A DNA stretch of 64,000 nucleotides from positions 11,575-75,574 of the forward strand of contig JBEBIA010000003.1 of the NCBI GenBank assembly GCA_040080645.1, read 5' to 3'. Shown here piece by piece: positions 36,876-49,883 of this stretch (position 1 is the first letter of the stretch; each line of letters starts with the position of its first letter). The notes under the pieces are model-generated. The model was not told the origin of the DNA. It made no database searches and saw only the letters and a list, made by a program, of their open reading frames with translations. This DNA comes from Thiobacillus sp. (lineage in GTDB: Bacteria; Pseudomonadota; Gammaproteobacteria; Burkholderiales; Thiobacillaceae). The position numbers and the translations under genes were made by a program.

Positions 36876-38322
36876 ATCGGTGTCGCACATTTTGGAGCGG
36901 CTCGGCGTGCCGGTGAGCGCGCTCACGCCGGATAGCCGTCGCGCGCAGCCGGGACAGGTGTTTGCGGCCTACCCGGGCGAGGTCCGTGATGGGCGCGAAT
37001 TCATTTCACAGGCGGTCGCCAATCGTGCAGACGGCGTGTTGTGGGAAGCCGATCACTGGCAATGGGATCCGGTACTTGAGGTGCCCAATGTTGGGGTACG
37101 CAACCTGCGCGAACGCATCGGCGAAATCGCCGCAAGCGTGTACGGTGAGCCGTCGCAGCACCTGAAAATGTTTGGCGTCACTGGCACCAATGGTAAAACT
37201 TCGGTCGCACACTGGATCGCGCAGGCGCTGAATGCACTCGGTGAAAAAACCGCCACGCTGGGCACGGTGGGCAACGGTTTTCCCGCGTTTGGCAACACCT
37301 CTGGCGCGCTGACGCCTGCGCTCAACACCACCCCCGACGCAATCGAGCTGCATCAGCGGCTGGCTGCGTACCGCCAGCAGGGCGCGACCGCCTGCGCGAT
37401 GGAAGTGTCGTCGCATGGCCTGGCGCAGGGGCGCGTTAACGGCACCCGCTTCAACGTGGCGGTGCTGACGAATTTGTCGCGCGACCATCTCGATTACCAC
37501 GGCGATATGGACAACTATGCAGCGACCAAGGCGCGGCTATTCAACTGGCCGGGACTGGAATGGGCGGTGCTCAATACCGACGATGTATTTGGCCGCCAGC
37601 TGGAAGGCGAAACCCGTGTCGCGCAAGTCGCGGGTTATGGGTTTCAGCGCGGTGTTGTGGTCGGACGCGAGCTTAGTCTGGGTCGCGAAGGGATCCGCAT
37701 GGCTGTGCATTCTGATTGGGGCGACGGCCACATCCACTCGGCCCTGCTGGGACGTTTCAACGCCGCCAATCTGCTGGCGGCGTTGACGGCCCTGCTGGTG
37801 AGTGGCGTTACGCTTGACCGTGCCTGCGAGGCGCTGGGGCGCGTGACGCCGCCGTCGGGGCGCATGCAGACACTGGGTGGCAACGCGCATCCGCTGGTGG
37901 TGGTGGATTATGCGCACACCCCGGACGCGCTGGAAAAATCGCTCAGCACTCTGCGGGAAATCATTCAGGGCGGACGGCTGATTTGCGTGTTTGGCTGCGG
38001 CGGCAACCGTGACACCGGCAAACGTCCGTTGATGGGACGCGTCGCCGGGCGAGAAGCGGATCAAGTCTGGGTCACCAGCGATAACCCGCGCAACGAAGAG
38101 CCGCTGGACATCATTAACGACATCGTGGCAGGTATGGACAGCAAACCTCAGATTGAACCCGACCGCGCCCGCGCGATTTTCGAGGCCATTGGTCAGGCGC
38201 ATCAAGGCGATGTGGTCTTGATCGCGGGCAAAGGACACGAGGATTACCAGGAAATTGCCGGTGAGCGGCTGTCGTTTTCTGACGTTGCCATGGTGCAAAA
38301 AGCGTTGGAGGCATGGAGCTGA
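36859..38322 (+). CDS. murE: UDP-MurNAc-tripeptide synthetase
   Basis: GVTGTNGKT, MEVSSHGL, NLSRDHLDYH, VDYAHTPD, DNPR, GKGHEDYQ. Confidence 0.96.
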   Translation: MTAPYESVSHILERLGVPVSALTPDSRRAQPGQVFAAYPGEVRDGREFISQAVANRADGVLWEADHWQWDPVLEVPNVGVRNLRERIGEIAASVYGEPSQHLKMFGVTGTNGKTSVAHWIAQALNALGEKTATLGTVGNGFPAFGNTSGALTPALNTTPDAIELHQRLAAYRQQGATACAMEVSSHGLAQGRVNGTRFNVAVLTNLSRDHLDYHGDMDNYAATKARLFNWPGLEWAVLNTDDVFGRQLEGETRVAQVAGYGFQRGVVVGRELSLGREGIRMAVHSDWGDGHIHSALLGRFNAANLLAALTALLVSGVTLDRACEALGRVTPPSGRMQTLGGNAHPLVVVDYAHTPDALEKSLSTLREIIQGGRLICVFGCGGNRDTGKRPLMGRVAGREADQVWVTSDNPRNEEPLDIINDIVAGMDSKPQIEPDRARAIFEAIGQAHQGDVVLIAGKGHEDYQEIAGERLSFSDVAMVQKALEAWS

Positions 38323-39680
38323 TGGCGATGCTGCGTTTGACCGAAGCGGCTGCTCTGCTGGGCGTGTCATTCCACGGCAGTGATGCTGATGTGCTGCGCG
38401 TCAGCACCGACAGCCGCAACATTCAGCCGGGCGATTTGTTCATCGCCTTGCGCGGCGAAAAATTCGACGGTGGCACGTTTGCCGCACAGACCTTGCAGCT
38501 AGGCGCGGCGGGTGTTGTGCTGGATGCGCGGCAAGCGCCCGACGTTACGCAGGCAATCCGTGTAGACGACACCCGGCTTGCGCTGGGGCGGTTGGCGTCC
38601 GCCTGGCGTCAGCGTTTCAAACTGCCGGTGATAGCCATTACCGGCAGCAACGGCAAAACCACGGTGAAGGAAATGCTCGCCGCGATGTTGCGGGTGGAAT
38701 ACGGCAGCGCCGACGCCGTGCTTGCCACCGAAGGCAATCTCAACAACGACATCGGCCTGCCGCTGATGTTGCTAAGACTAAATGCTGCACACCGTGTCGC
38801 CGTGCTCGAAATGGGCATGAATCACTCGGGCGAGATCGACTATCTGACCCGGCTGGCGCAGCCGGATATGGCGCTCATCAACAATGCGCTCACGGCACAC
38901 ATCGGATTGCTCGGCTCGGTGGAAGCGATTGCGCGCGCCAAGGGTGAAATTTTCAACGGACTATCTGAGACAGGCATCGCGATATTCAACGCAGACGACG
39001 CGCACGCGGCGATGTGGCACGAGCAGAATGCAGCGCGCTGCGTGATTGGCTTTGGCCGCGCGCCAAGCGCCAGAGTGCGGGCGGAATACCAGCTCGCCGC
39101 TACCGGCACCGCGCTCAGCATTCATCTGCCCGACGCCACCCTTGACGTGAACCTGCCGGTGCCCGGCGAGCACAACGCCATGAATGCCCTGGCGGCAGCC
39201 ACCGCCGCGTTTGCGCTCGACGTCGGTCACAGTAGCATCGTGAGCGGACTGTCTGGTTTCAGCGGCACCAAAGGCCGACTGCAACGCAAGCTTGCTTTGC
39301 ATGGCAGTGTATTCCTCGACGATACCTACAACGCCAATCCCGATTCGGTGAAAGCTGCGCTCGCCGTGCTGGCGCAGCAGCCGGGCCGCAAAATTCTGGT
39401 GCTCGGCGATATGGGCGAACTGGGTGACGAAGCGGCGGCGATGCACGCTCAGATCGGAATGGTGGCGCGTGCACAGGGCGTTGACCGCTTGCTTGCCCTC
39501 GGCGATCTGAGCCGCGAGAGCGTCGGCGCGTTCGGCGCGGGCGCGATGCACTTCGAACGCATCCAGGAGCTGCTCGCCGAGCTTGAAAACACGCTGGACG
39601 CCGACACCACTGTGTTGGTGAAAGGTTCGCGTTTCATGCAGATGGAACGCGTCGTCAACAGCTTCACAGGAGCGCACTGA
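38322..39680 (+). CDS. murF: UDP-MurNAc-pentapeptide synthetase
   Basis: [38 protein letters not shown]. Confidence 0.96.
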   Translation: MAMLRLTEAAALLGVSFHGSDADVLRVSTDSRNIQPGDLFIALRGEKFDGGTFAAQTLQLGAAGVVLDARQAPDVTQAIRVDDTRLALGRLASAWRQRFKLPVIAITGSNGKTTVKEMLAAMLRVEYGSADAVLATEGNLNNDIGLPLMLLRLNAAHRVAVLEMGMNHSGEIDYLTRLAQPDMALINNALTAHIGLLGSVEAIARAKGEIFNGLSETGIAIFNADDAHAAMWHEQNAARCVIGFGRAPSARVRAEYQLAATGTALSIHLPDATLDVNLPVPGEHNAMNALAAATAAFALDVGHSSIVSGLSGFSGTKGRLQRKLALHGSVFLDDTYNANPDSVKAALAVLAQQPGRKILVLGDMGELGDEAAAMHAQIGMVARAQGVDRLLALGDLSRESVGAFGAGAMHFERIQELLAELENTLDADTTVLVKGSRFMQMERVVNSFTGAH

Positions 39681-39681
39681 C

Positions 39682-40767
39682 ATGCTGCTTTGGCTATTTC
39701 AGTATTTGGGGCAAGACGTTCGCGCCTTTAATGTGTTCAATTATCTGACGCTGCGCGCCGTGCTCGCTACGCTCACTGCGTTGACGATTTCCTTCATCGT
39801 CGGCCCTGCCGTTATTCGAAAACTGACCGCGCTGAAAATCGGCCAGTCGGTGCGTACCGACGGCCCGCAAACGCATCTGGTGAAAGCCGGTACGCCGACC
39901 ATGGGTGGAGTGTTGATCCTGGTGTCGGTAGCCGTCACCACCTTGCTGTGGGCGGATTTGTCGAACGACTATGTCTGGGTTGCCTTGCTTACCCTGTTGG
40001 GGTTTGGCGTGATTGGCTGGGTAGATGACTGGCGCAAGGTGGTGGAAAAAAACTCACGCGGTCTGGCGAGTCGCTGGAAATATTTCTGGCAGTCGATGAT
40101 TGGACTCGCGGTCGCGGTCTATCTGTGGAACACCGCCAGCCTGCCTGCGCATACCGAACTCATCATTCCCTTTGCAAAATACGCCACGCTGAGTCTGTCC
40201 GCTGCGGGCTTTATCGCGCTCACCTATTTCGTCATCGTCGGCTCCAGTAACGCAGTCAACCTGACCGACGGCCTGGATGGCCTCGCGATCCTGCCGACCG
40301 TGATGGTCGCTTCAGCCCTGGCGATCTTTGCTTATGTGGCGGGTAACGCCGTGTTTTCCAAGTATCTCGGCCTGCCCTTTGTGCCGGGCGCGGGCGAGCT
40401 TGCCGTGTTTTGCGCGGCCATGGCGGGTGCAGGGCTGGCTTTTCTCTGGTTCAACGCCTACCCGGCAGAAGTGTTCATGGGTGACGTCGGCGCGCTCGCT
40501 CTGGGCGCGGCGCTGGGCGTCGTCGCTGTCATCGTGCGGCAGGAAATCGTGCTCTTCATCATGTGCGGCGTGTTCGTCATGGAAACCCTGTCGGTGATGA
40601 TTCAGGTGGTGTCGTTCAAGACGCGCGGCAAGCGCGTGTTCCTGATGGCACCGATGCACCACCACTACGAACTCAAGGGCTGGAAGGAAACCCAGGTGGT
40701 CGTGCGCTTCTGGATTATCAGCATGATGCTGGTGCTGATCGGCTTGTCGAGCCTGAAACTCAGATGA
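39682..40767 (+). CDS. mraY: Phospho-MurNAc-pentapeptide transferase
   Basis: [37 protein letters not shown]. Confidence 0.98.
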   Translation: MLLWLFQYLGQDVRAFNVFNYLTLRAVLATLTALTISFIVGPAVIRKLTALKIGQSVRTDGPQTHLVKAGTPTMGGVLILVSVAVTTLLWADLSNDYVWVALLTLLGFGVIGWVDDWRKVVEKNSRGLASRWKYFWQSMIGLAVAVYLWNTASLPAHTELIIPFAKYATLSLSAAGFIALTYFVIVGSSNAVNLTDGLDGLAILPTVMVASALAIFAYVAGNAVFSKYLGLPFVPGAGELAVFCAAMAGAGLAFLWFNAYPAEVFMGDVGALALGAALGVVAVIVRQEIVLFIMCGVFVMETLSVMIQVVSFKTRGKRVFLMAPMHHHYELKGWKETQVVVRFWIISMMLVLIGLSSLKLR

Positions 40768-42188
40768 ATTACGACAGCCTCAATCTCGCAGGCAAAAACG
40801 TGCTCGTGCTGGGCCTGGGCGATACCGGGTTGTCGTGCGCGCGCTGGCTGGCGGCACGCGATGCCAATGTGAACGTGGCGGATAGCCGCGAGACGCCGCC
40901 GCACGCCGCGCACCTGTCTAACCTGCTGCCCGGTGTGCCCTTGTATGCCGGTGCATTTGACCCGGCGCGGCTGATGGCGGCCGATTTGCTGGTGGTGAGT
41001 CCGGGTGTACCGCTGGCCGATCCGGCGGTCGCGCAGGCGATGGCCGCAGGCGTCGAGGTCGTGGGCGATGTCGAGCTGTTTGCCCGTGCGATCCACGCCT
41101 TGAATGCGCGGCGTGCCGAATCTTCCGACAGCAGCGGGCCTATGCGCATCCTGGCCATTACCGGCAGCAACGGCAAGAGCACCGTCACCGCGATGTGTGG
41201 CGACATGTGCCGGATGGCCGGACTGGCTACCTGCGTCGCGGGCAACATCGGCCTACCGGTGCTCGACGCCTTGTATGAAGTCGAGCAGGGCATCGCCACC
41301 GCTCCGCAGGTCTGGGTACTGGAGTTGTCCAGCTTTCAGTTGGAGACCACGTCGAGCCTGCATGCCGATGCGGCTACGGTGCTCAACATCAGCGAAGATC
41401 ATCTCGACCGTTATCCCGATCTGTCGGCCTACGCGGCGGCCAAGGCGCGTATTTTTGCAGGCGACGGCGTCATGGTGCTGAACCGCGATGACGCGCGCGT
41501 GATGGCAATGGCGCAACCCGGTCGGCGCGTATCGATATTCGGCCTGGGGCGTTGCCCCGACGATACGCACTACGGCCTGTGCGACGACGAACTCTGCGTC
41601 GGCGGCGACATGCTGATGCCGATCCGTGAACTGCCGGTGGCGGGTCTGCACAACGCCGCCAACGCGCTGGCCGCGCTGGCACTGACCCGCGCGCTTGAGC
41701 TGCCGATGGACGCCCTGTTGCGTGGCCTGAGTCACTTTAAGGGGCTGCCGCACCGAGTCGAATATGTTGCTGAAATCAACGGTGTGACCTGGTATGACGA
41801 TTCCAAGGGCACCAACGTCGGGGCAACCGAAGCCGCGCTGTACGGTATGGGCAAGCAGCGCGCCGTGGTCATACTCGGCGGCGAAGGCAAGGGGCAGGAT
41901 TTCTCGCCGCTCAAAGCGGCTGTCATCGCCAACGCGCGCGCCGTGGTGTTGATTGGCCGCGATGCGCCCTTGATCGAGGCAGCGTTGTCGGGCAGCGGCG
42001 TGGAGCTGCAACGCGCTGCCAGCCTTCCCGACGCGGTGGCGACCGCGCACCGGTTGGCGCAATCCGGAGACGCCGTGCTGCTGTCTCCAGCCTGCGCCAG
42101 TTTCGACATGTTCCGCAATTATGCGCATCGTGCCGAGGTGTTTGTCGCGGCGGTGAATGCGCTGACGTCATCCGGAGGCGCGCACTGA
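40764..42188 (+). CDS. murD: UDP-MurNAc-L-Ala:D-Glu ligase
   Basis: [43 protein letters not shown]. Confidence 0.96.
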   Translation: MNYDSLNLAGKNVLVLGLGDTGLSCARWLAARDANVNVADSRETPPHAAHLSNLLPGVPLYAGAFDPARLMAADLLVVSPGVPLADPAVAQAMAAGVEVVGDVELFARAIHALNARRAESSDSSGPMRILAITGSNGKSTVTAMCGDMCRMAGLATCVAGNIGLPVLDALYEVEQGIATAPQVWVLELSSFQLETTSSLHADAATVLNISEDHLDRYPDLSAYAAAKARIFAGDGVMVLNRDDARVMAMAQPGRRVSIFGLGRCPDDTHYGLCDDELCVGGDMLMPIRELPVAGLHNAANALAALALTRALELPMDALLRGLSHFKGLPHRVEYVAEINGVTWYDDSKGTNVGATEAALYGMGKQRAVVILGGEGKGQDFSPLKAAVIANARAVVLIGRDAPLIEAALSGSGVELQRAASLPDAVATAHRLAQSGDAVLLSPACASFDMFRNYAHRAEVFVAAVNALTSSGGAH

Positions 42189-43345
42189 TGCTGTATACCG
42201 CGCGCGCGCCCAAGCCCAGCGCCGAACTCGATTTCAACCTGCTCTGGCTCGCGCTCGGTTTACTCGCGCTCGGTTGGGTGATGGTGTATTCCGCCTCGAT
42301 CGCGATTGCCGAGGCGGCGCGCTACACCCAGCACAACGGCGAATATTATTTGTTCCGCCAGGGCATTTTCATCCTGTTGGGTTTGATGGCGGCGTTTGCG
42401 GCGTTTCAGGTACCGATGCGCGTGTGGCAGCAGGCCGCACCTTTTCTGTTTCTGGGTGGTTTGCTGCTACTGGTGGTGGTGTTGATCCCCGGCATTGGTC
42501 GTGAAGTGAACGGTAGCCGTCGCTGGATCCCCCTGGGTTTTGCCAACTTGCAGCCCTCCGAGTTGATGAAGTTTCTCGCGGTGCTCTACGCAGCCGACTA
42601 CACCACGCGTAAAGCCGCGTTCATGCACGACTTCAAAAAAGGCTTTTTGCCGATGGCCGGCGTGATGATGATGGCGGGGGCGCTACTGCTCAAAGAGCCG
42701 GATTTCGGTGCGTTTGTCGTCATCGTGTCGATCGCCATGGGCATTCTGTTTCTGGGGGGGCTCAACTGGAAAGTATTTGCTGCTCTGGTCGTGGTGCTGC
42801 TGATCGGTTTTGCCGTGCTGATTTTTACCTCGGAATATCGGATGCAGCGGATGCTCGGTTTCATGGATCCCTTCAAAGATCCCTACGGCAAGGGCTATCA
42901 GCTATCGCACGCGCTGATCGCGTTCGGGCGTGGCGAGTGGTTCGGGCTGGGCCTGGGCGGTAGCGTGGAGAAGCTGTTTTATCTGCCCGAGGCGCACACT
43001 GATTTTCTGCTCGCAGTAATTGCTGAAGAATTCGGTTTTGTCGGCGTCGCCATCGTCATTGCGCTGTTCGCCTGGCTCATCGTAAAAGCTTTTCTGATCG
43101 GCTACCGCGCCGCGCAGCTGGAGCGAAATTTCTGCGCACTGGTCGCGCAGGGCATCGGCATCTGGCTAGGCGTGCAGGCGCTCATCAACATGGGCGTGAA
43201 TGTAGGCCTGCTGCCGACCAAGGGACTGACCCTGCCGTTCCTGTCCTTCGGCGGCAGCGGCATTCTCGCCAACTGCCTGGCGATTGCGGTGTTGCTGCGC
43301 ATCGACTGGGAGCATCGGCAGATGATGCGGGGAAAAACCTTCTGA
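42188..43345 (+). CDS. ftsW: SEDS peptidoglycan glycosyltransferase FtsW
   Basis: [35 protein letters not shown]. Confidence 0.96.
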   Translation: MLYTARAPKPSAELDFNLLWLALGLLALGWVMVYSASIAIAEAARYTQHNGEYYLFRQGIFILLGLMAAFAAFQVPMRVWQQAAPFLFLGGLLLLVVVLIPGIGREVNGSRRWIPLGFANLQPSELMKFLAVLYAADYTTRKAAFMHDFKKGFLPMAGVMMMAGALLLKEPDFGAFVVIVSIAMGILFLGGLNWKVFAALVVVLLIGFAVLIFTSEYRMQRMLGFMDPFKDPYGKGYQLSHALIAFGRGEWFGLGLGGSVEKLFYLPEAHTDFLLAVIAEEFGFVGVAIVIALFAWLIVKAFLIGYRAAQLERNFCALVAQGIGIWLGVQALINMGVNVGLLPTKGLTLPFLSFGGSGILANCLAIAVLLRIDWEHRQMMRGKTF

Positions 43346-44469
43346 TGGCCGCCACGAATCGCACGCTCATGGTGATGGCGGGTGGCACCGGTGGCCACGT
43401 TTATCCTGCGCTGGCGGTAGCCGACGCGCTGCGCGCGCGTGGCTGGGAAGTGTTCTGGCTCGGTACCAAGAGTGGCCTCGAAGCACGTGTGGTGCCCGCC
43501 GCCGGGATCGACATGGTGTGGGTGTCGATGGGCGGCGTGCGGGGCAAAGGCATAGTGAAAAAAATGCTGCTGCCGCTGACGCTGCTGATTGCCTTCTGGC
43601 AAAGCCTGGTCGCGATCCTGCGACGCCGCCCCGATATCGTGCTCGGCATGGGCGGCTACACCGCGTTTCCTGGCGGCATGATGGCGAGCCTGCTGGGCAA
43701 GCCGCTGGTGATCCACGAACAGAATTCAGTCGCTGGACTGACCAACCGGGTGCTCGCGTGTCTGGCTGATCGGGTACTGACGGCATTCCCCAAAGTCTTT
43801 ACCCATGCGCACGACAAACCGCTGCCGTGTCGCAAAGTGGCGACTGAGTGGGTGGGTAACCCGGTGCGTACCGACATCGTCACTGAAGTAGCGGGACAGC
43901 GCGGCGACACCGCCGCTGCGGCATCCGGACAGCGTACCGGCGCGCTGCGTCTGCTGGTCGTAGGCGGCAGTCTTGGCGCGCAGGCGCTGAACGATCTGGT
44001 GCCCAGAGCGCTGGCGCTGTTGCCTGTCGATCAGCGCCCGCAGGTCGTGCACCAATCGGGTCGTCAGCATATCGAGGTGTTGCGCGCCAATTACGCAGCA
44101 GCCGGTATTGCCGCTGACGTGCGCGATTACATTGAAGATATGGCCGCCGAATATCGTGCCTGCGATTTTGCGATCTGTCGTGCAGGCGCGATGACGGTGG
44201 CTGAACTGGCTTGTGCGAGTGTGCCCGCAGTGCTGGTGCCGTTTCCATTTGCCGTGGATGACCACCAGACCGGTAACGCCGAGTTTCTCGCCGAGGCGGG
44301 CGCGGCCTGGCTCATCCAGCAAAAAGAGCTGACAGCAGAAAAACTGGCGGCGCTGATCGGCGGCCTGGATCGCGCCACGCTGGCGGCGATGGCCGCCAAG
44401 GCGCGTGCACTGGCCAAGCCCGATGCCACGGCACGGGTGGCCGATATTTGTGAGGCGCTGGTGAAATGA
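43345..44469 (+). CDS. murG: Lipid II N-acetylglucosaminyltransferase
   Basis: [40 protein letters not shown]. Confidence 0.97.
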   Translation: MAATNRTLMVMAGGTGGHVYPALAVADALRARGWEVFWLGTKSGLEARVVPAAGIDMVWVSMGGVRGKGIVKKMLLPLTLLIAFWQSLVAILRRRPDIVLGMGGYTAFPGGMMASLLGKPLVIHEQNSVAGLTNRVLACLADRVLTAFPKVFTHAHDKPLPCRKVATEWVGNPVRTDIVTEVAGQRGDTAAAASGQRTGALRLLVVGGSLGAQALNDLVPRALALLPVDQRPQVVHQSGRQHIEVLRANYAAAGIAADVRDYIEDMAAEYRACDFAICRAGAMTVAELACASVPAVLVPFPFAVDDHQTGNAEFLAEAGAAWLIQQKELTAEKLAALIGGLDRATLAAMAAKARALAKPDATARVADICEALVK

Positions 44470-45857
44470 GACACGCGGTCAAACACATTCACTTCGTCGG
44501 CATCGGCGGCGTAGGCATGAGCGGTATCGCCGAAGTGCTGCTGAACTTGGGGTATGCCGTATCGGGTTCCGATCTCGCCGACAACGCAGTGACGCAGCGA
44601 CTGGCAAAACTGGGGATGCGGATTCATCACGAGCATGCAGCAGAAAATATCGCGGATGCCGATGCGGTAGTGACGTCGACGGCGGTACAAGAATCCAACC
44701 CGGAAGTATTGGCCGCGCGGGAGAAAAAAATTCCCATCGTGCCGCGCGCGCTAATGCTGGCTGAATTGATGCGCCTGAAACAGGGTATCGCCATTGCGGG
44801 CACCCACGGCAAGACCACCACCACCAGCCTGGTTGCCAGCATTCTCGGCGAAGCGGGCATGGATCCGACCTACGTCATCGGTGGCAAGCTCACGGCGGCA
44901 GGCACCAATGCGCGGCTCGGCAAGGGCGATTTTCTGGTTGCCGAGGCGGACGAATCCGACGCGTCGTTTTTGTATCTGACGCCGGTGATCGCCATCGTCA
45001 CCAATATCGACGCCGATCACATGGACACCTACGGCCATGACTTCGAGCGCCTGAAAACCGCCTTCGTCGACTTTTGCCAGCGCCTGCCTTTTTACGGCAT
45101 GGCGGTGTTGTGCATCGACGATCCGCACGTGCGCGCCATCCTGCCGCGCATCACCAAGCCGATCACGACCTATGGCTTTGACGCCGCCGCCCAGGTGCGG
45201 GCAATCAACACGCGTTTCGAGGCGGGTCGGATGCATTTCACCGTGCAGCGCGAGGGCTTGGCCGATCTCGATATCGTGCTCAATCACCCCGGCATGCATA
45301 ACGTATTGAACGCGCTGTCGGCGATTGCGGTGGCCACTGAAGTGGATGCAAGCGACGCGGCCATCGTCAAGGCCTTGGCTGAATTTCACGGCGTGGGTCG
45401 CCGCTTCCAGCGTTATGGCGAACTGCCAGCAAAAGACGGTGGGCATTACACGCTGATCGACGACTACGGCCACCACCCGGTGGAAATGGCCGCGACGCTG
45501 GCGGCAGCGCGCGGTGCATTTCCCGGGCAGCGACTGGTGTTGGTGTTCCAGCCACACCGGTTTACCCGCACCCGCGACTGCTTCGAGGATTTCGTCAAAG
45601 TGCTGTCTGAAACAGACGTGTTGCTGCTGACCGAGGTCTATCCCGCAGGTGAGGCACCGATAGTGGCAGCGGATGGCCGTGCGCTCGCGCGTGCCGTGCG
45701 GGTAGGCGGAAAAGTCGAGCCGGTGTTTGTCGAGGCGGTGACCGACGTGGCGCAGGTGGTGCGCGATCTGGTTCGCGGTGGCGACGTGGTGCTGGTCATG
45801 GGTGCGGGCAGCATAGGTCAGGTTGCTCCCGCCCTGGAGGCCACACATGCGGCATGA
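44466..45857 (+). CDS. murC: UDP-MurNAc:L-Ala ligase
   Basis: [34 protein letters not shown]. Confidence 0.97.
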   Translation: MRHAVKHIHFVGIGGVGMSGIAEVLLNLGYAVSGSDLADNAVTQRLAKLGMRIHHEHAAENIADADAVVTSTAVQESNPEVLAAREKKIPIVPRALMLAELMRLKQGIAIAGTHGKTTTTSLVASILGEAGMDPTYVIGGKLTAAGTNARLGKGDFLVAEADESDASFLYLTPVIAIVTNIDADHMDTYGHDFERLKTAFVDFCQRLPFYGMAVLCIDDPHVRAILPRITKPITTYGFDAAAQVRAINTRFEAGRMHFTVQREGLADLDIVLNHPGMHNVLNALSAIAVATEVDASDAAIVKALAEFHGVGRRFQRYGELPAKDGGHYTLIDDYGHHPVEMAATLAAARGAFPGQRLVLVFQPHRFTRTRDCFEDFVKVLSETDVLLLTEVYPAGEAPIVAADGRALARAVRVGGKVEPVFVEAVTDVAQVVRDLVRGGDVVLVMGAGSIGQVAPALEATHAA

Positions 45858-46821
45858 TTTCCGCATCAGCGAGGTCGATACCGCAAGCGGGGGGTCACCC
45901 ACGCTGCGCGGCCAGTTTCTCTACAACGAATCGATGAAGAAGCACCTGTCGTGGCGCGCAGGGGGTGCCGCACAGCGCGTCTATATACCGGCCGATGTCG
46001 AAGACCTGAGCTGGCTGGTGCGCGCGATCCCTGCCGATGATCCGGTGCATATGGTCGGCTTGGGCAGCAATCTGCTGGTGCGCGATGGCGGGGTGAACGG
46101 CGTGGTGATCCTGCTGCATGGCGTGCTGAAAAAACTTGCATTGGAAAGTCGCACGCAAGGTCTGCCACCCGCCCCAGAAGGTCGGGATACTGCTCTGGTC
46201 TATGCCCAGGCAGGGGTGGCCTCGCCCAAACTGGCGCGTTTTGCAGCGAACCACAATCTGGTCGGCGGCGAGTTCTGGGCGGGCATTCCCGGCACGGTGG
46301 GGGGTGCCATTGCCATGAACGCGGGCTGCTATGGGAGCGAAACCTGGAATCACCTGGTGCAGGTGCTGACGCTGGACCGCCGGGGGCAGCTGACCGAGCG
46401 GATGCTGGATGAATATGTGACGGGCTATCGGCACGTGGCGCTGAAGGCGGCGCATGAAGAATGGTTTATCGGCGGCTGGTTCCGGCTGGACAAAGGTGAC
46501 GGTCTTGCGTCCCGCGAGACGGTTAAATCCTTGCTGAAAAAGCGCATCGCTTCGCAGCCACTGGGGCTGCCCAATGCCGGGTCGGTGTTTCGCAACCCGC
46601 TTGGTGATCATGCCGCGCGCCTCATCGAATCGTGCGGCCTCAAAGGGTTTCGTATCGGCGATGCCCAGGTGTCAGAAAAGCACGCCAACTTTATTGTCAA
46701 TCTCGGCCATGCCACCGCGACCGAGATTGAGCGCGTGATTGAGCATGTTGAAGATCTCGTGGAAGCGCGCACCAATGTGCGGTTGATCCGCGAAGTACGG
46801 ATTATTGGAGAACGGCAGTGA
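45847..46821 (+). CDS. murB: UDP-GlcNAc-enolpyruvate reductase
   Basis: [35 protein letters not shown]. Confidence 0.96.
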   Translation: MRHDFRISEVDTASGGSPTLRGQFLYNESMKKHLSWRAGGAAQRVYIPADVEDLSWLVRAIPADDPVHMVGLGSNLLVRDGGVNGVVILLHGVLKKLALESRTQGLPPAPEGRDTALVYAQAGVASPKLARFAANHNLVGGEFWAGIPGTVGGAIAMNAGCYGSETWNHLVQVLTLDRRGQLTERMLDEYVTGYRHVALKAAHEEWFIGGWFRLDKGDGLASRETVKSLLKKRIASQPLGLPNAGSVFRNPLGDHAARLIESCGLKGFRIGDAQVSEKHANFIVNLGHATATEIERVIEHVEDLVEARTNVRLIREVRIIGERQ

Positions 46822-47747
46822 ACGCGTCAGCACACACAACACGGTTCGGCAAAGTTGCCGTCATGCTCGGCGGCACCTCGGCTGAACGTCCGGTATCACT
46901 CAACAGCGGTGCTGCGGTGCTCGCTGCGATGCAGCGTCAAGGCATCGACGCCCATGCGTTTGACCCGGCCACGCGCAATCTCGGCGACCTTATCAGCGGC
47001 GAATTCGATCGCGTCTTTATCAGCCTGCATGGCCGCCTTGGTGAAGACGGCTGTATGCAGGGCGCTCTTGAGTTGCTCGACCTGCCCTACACCGGAAGCG
47101 GCGTGATGGCCTCGGCCATCGGCATGGACAAGTGGCGTACCAAACTGTTGTGGCGCGCGGCTGGCTTGCCCACCGCAGACTGGGACATTCTTACCGAGGC
47201 GAGCGATTTTGCCGCAGTCGAGAAAAAACTCGGCCTGCCGATTTTTGTGAAGCCCGCGCGTGAAGGCTCGAGCATTGGCATGAGTAAGGTGACCGAGCCG
47301 GGTGGCTTGCAAGCGGCTTATGTGGCGGCAGCGGAGCACGACGCGTTGGTGTTGGCCGAAAAGTTTATTGACGGCGCGGAATTCACCGTCGGCATTCTGG
47401 GTGACACCGCATTGCCACTGATTCGGCTGGAGCCCGCCAAAGACAAGGCGTTCTACGATTTCGACGCCAAGTATGTGCGCAATGACACCCAGTATCACTG
47501 CCCGGCGGGCCTGTCCGATGCGCAGGAGCAGGCGCTGCGGCAACTCGCCCTCGATGCATTTCGTCTTATCGACGGGCGCGGCTGGGGGCGGGTAGACATC
47601 ATGCTCGACAGCCTCGGCAACCCGTATCTCCTCGAAGCCAACACCTCGCCCGGCATGACCGACCATAGCCTTGTGCCCATGGCGGCACGCCAGGCCGGGC
47701 TGGATTTTGATGCACTGTGCATCCAGATTCTGGAGCAAACCCTCTGA
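46818..47747 (+). CDS. ddl: D-alanine:D-alanine ligase
   Basis: [41 protein letters not shown]. Confidence 0.97.
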   Translation: MNASAHTTRFGKVAVMLGGTSAERPVSLNSGAAVLAAMQRQGIDAHAFDPATRNLGDLISGEFDRVFISLHGRLGEDGCMQGALELLDLPYTGSGVMASAIGMDKWRTKLLWRAAGLPTADWDILTEASDFAAVEKKLGLPIFVKPAREGSSIGMSKVTEPGGLQAAYVAAAEHDALVLAEKFIDGAEFTVGILGDTALPLIRLEPAKDKAFYDFDAKYVRNDTQYHCPAGLSDAQEQALRQLALDAFRLIDGRGWGRVDIMLDSLGNPYLLEANTSPGMTDHSLVPMAARQAGLDFDALCIQILEQTL

Positions 47748-48511
47748 TGCAAACCGCCGAGCTCGCCGCCCATCCGCTGACCCAGGTCGCCCGTGTGCTG
47801 ACCTGGGGCGCGCTCGGCCTGCTTGCCTATGGCGCGTTGAGCTGGATGGTGGCTCAGTCCTGGTTTGCGCTGCGCACACTCGACATCAAAACGCCGGTGC
47901 AACACGTGACCGAAGCGCAGATCCGGCTGGTGGCGCGGCGCACGGTGCGGGGCACATTTTTTACCGTCAACCTCGATCAGGTGCGTGGGAGTCTTGAGAA
48001 GCTGCCGTGGGTGCGCGAGGCGCGCGTGGCGCGTCGCTGGCCCGATACACTCGAAGTCTCGCTGATCGAGCATGTGCCTTTGGCGCGCTGGAATGATGAT
48101 GCGCTGGTGAATGGCGATGGCGAAGTGTTCGTTGCCGCCGTGGTCGGCAAATTGCCGCGCCTGACCGGACCGGACGACAGCAGCGCCGACGTGGTGGCGG
48201 CGTTCAGGCATCACCAAAAAATGCTGGCACCGCTCGGCATGTCGATCAGCGAGCTGCGGCTCTCACCTCGCCGTGCCTGGTCGATGCGGCTCGATAACGG
48301 CATTCAGCTGGCGCTGGGGCACGGCGAAGCCGATGCGCGGCTGGCACGTTTTGTTGCGCTGTATCCGCGCCTGTTTGCAGCAGTGCCCGCATCGGCGACC
48401 GCCTCTGTTTCCCCGCAGCGCATCCCGCAGTCCATCGACCTGCGCTATCCAGACGGCTTTGCTATCCGGATGCCCGACGGCCAGTCCCCCTTTAAACCGA
48501 GGCCCACATGA
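47747..48511 (+). CDS. ftsQ: Cell division protein FtsQ
   Basis: TM then POTRA, LPWV...V.RRWPD, IDLRYPDGFA. Confidence 0.93.
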   Translation: MQTAELAAHPLTQVARVLTWGALGLLAYGALSWMVAQSWFALRTLDIKTPVQHVTEAQIRLVARRTVRGTFFTVNLDQVRGSLEKLPWVREARVARRWPDTLEVSLIEHVPLARWNDDALVNGDGEVFVAAVVGKLPRLTGPDDSSADVVAAFRHHQKMLAPLGMSISELRLSPRRAWSMRLDNGIQLALGHGEADARLARFVALYPRLFAAVPASATASVSPQRIPQSIDLRYPDGFAIRMPDGQSPFKPRPT

Positions 48512-48538
48512 GCGTGATACTGAAGAAAGCCCCGCACG

Positions 48539-49774
48539 ATGAGTAAGCCCCGCGACCCTAAAAATCTGGTGGTCGGCCTTGATATCGGCACCTCCAAAAT
48601 CGTTTGCATCGTTGCCGAGATCAACGAGGAAGGCACGCTCGACATCATCGGTATGGGCACGCATCCATCCAAAGGTTTGCGGCGTGGCGTGGTGGTCAAC
48701 ATCGAAGCCACGGTCAACGCGATCCAGCGCGCGCTGGAAGAAGCCGAGCTGATGGCCGACTGCAAGATTCGCGAGGTGTACACCGGCATCGCGGGCAGCC
48801 ACATCAAGAGCTTCAACTCGCACGGCATGTTCGCGATCAAGGACAAGGAAATCTCGCAGATGGACGTGGATCGCGTGGTGGATACCGCGCGCGCGGTGAA
48901 CATCCCGACCGACCAGCAAATCCTGCACACCATCCCGCAGGAATTTATCGTCGATGGACAGGAGGACGTGCGCGATCCGCTCGGCATGAGCGCGGTGCGG
49001 CTGGAAGTGAAAGTGCACATCGTCACCGGCGCGGTGTCGGCGGCGCAGAACATCATCAAATGCGTGCGCCGCTGCGGGCTCGAAGTCGGCGATCTGGTGT
49101 TGCAGCCCCTCGCGTCGGCGATGGCGGTGCTGACCGAGGACGAGAAGGAACTCGGTGTGTGTCTGGTTGATATCGGTGGCGGCACCACCGACATCGCGGT
49201 GTTCACTAACGGCGCGATTCGCCACACCGCAGTCATTCCGGTGGCGGGCGATCAGGTCAACAACGACATTGCGGTGGCACTGCGCACGCCGCCGAAGGAA
49301 GCCGAGGACATCAAGATTCAATACGGCTGCGCGCTGCGTCAACTGGCCGACGCGCGCGACATGATCGAAGTGCCCGGCATCGGCGACCGCCCGCCACGCA
49401 CGCTGTCGAAACAGACCTTGGCCGAGTTCATCGAGCCGCGTATGGAAGAGCTGTATTCCTTGGTGCAGGCCGAATTGCGCCGCAGCGGATTCGAGGAGCT
49501 GCTGTCGTCCGGCATTGTGATTACGGGGGGCTCAGCGGCGATGCAGGGCATGGTCGAGCTGGGCGAAGAGGTGTTCCACATGCCGGTGCGTATGGGCTGG
49601 CCGCGTTACGAAGGCGGGCTCGCCGACGTGATGCACAACCCGCGCTATGCCACCTGCATGGGCTTGTTGATGGCAGGCATGGAAGCGCGCGGACGCGATG
49701 CGCCCAAGCTGTCCGGCAACAGCCTCAAGGACATTCTGGAACGCATGAAGGGCTGGTTCAAAGGGAATTTTTGA
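48539..49774 (+). CDS. ftsA: Cell division protein FtsA
   Basis: GLDIGTSK, DIGGGTTD, TGG, PRYATCMGL, C-terminal amphipathic helix. Confidence 0.98.
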   Translation: MSKPRDPKNLVVGLDIGTSKIVCIVAEINEEGTLDIIGMGTHPSKGLRRGVVVNIEATVNAIQRALEEAELMADCKIREVYTGIAGSHIKSFNSHGMFAIKDKEISQMDVDRVVDTARAVNIPTDQQILHTIPQEFIVDGQEDVRDPLGMSAVRLEVKVHIVTGAVSAAQNIIKCVRRCGLEVGDLVLQPLASAMAVLTEDEKELGVCLVDIGGGTTDIAVFTNGAIRHTAVIPVAGDQVNNDIAVALRTPPKEAEDIKIQYGCALRQLADARDMIEVPGIGDRPPRTLSKQTLAEFIEPRMEELYSLVQAELRRSGFEELLSSGIVITGGSAAMQGMVELGEEVFHMPVRMGWPRYEGGLADVMHNPRYATCMGLLMAGMEARGRDAPKLSGNSLKDILERMKGWFKGNF

Positions 49775-49883
49775 TGACGACTTGAGCGGCATCGAAACGG
49801 GATTTGGCGGTTGTGCCGGGGGAACCCGACAAACACACCAATGATTTTGAGTGGTGATTTTTTAGGCAAAAGAGGAGAGCGAT

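Noticed and set aside
43880-43945. Small insertion with a repeated GGACAGCG in murG
   Set aside because: About 6 extra residues in a variable loop; ordinary indel variation.
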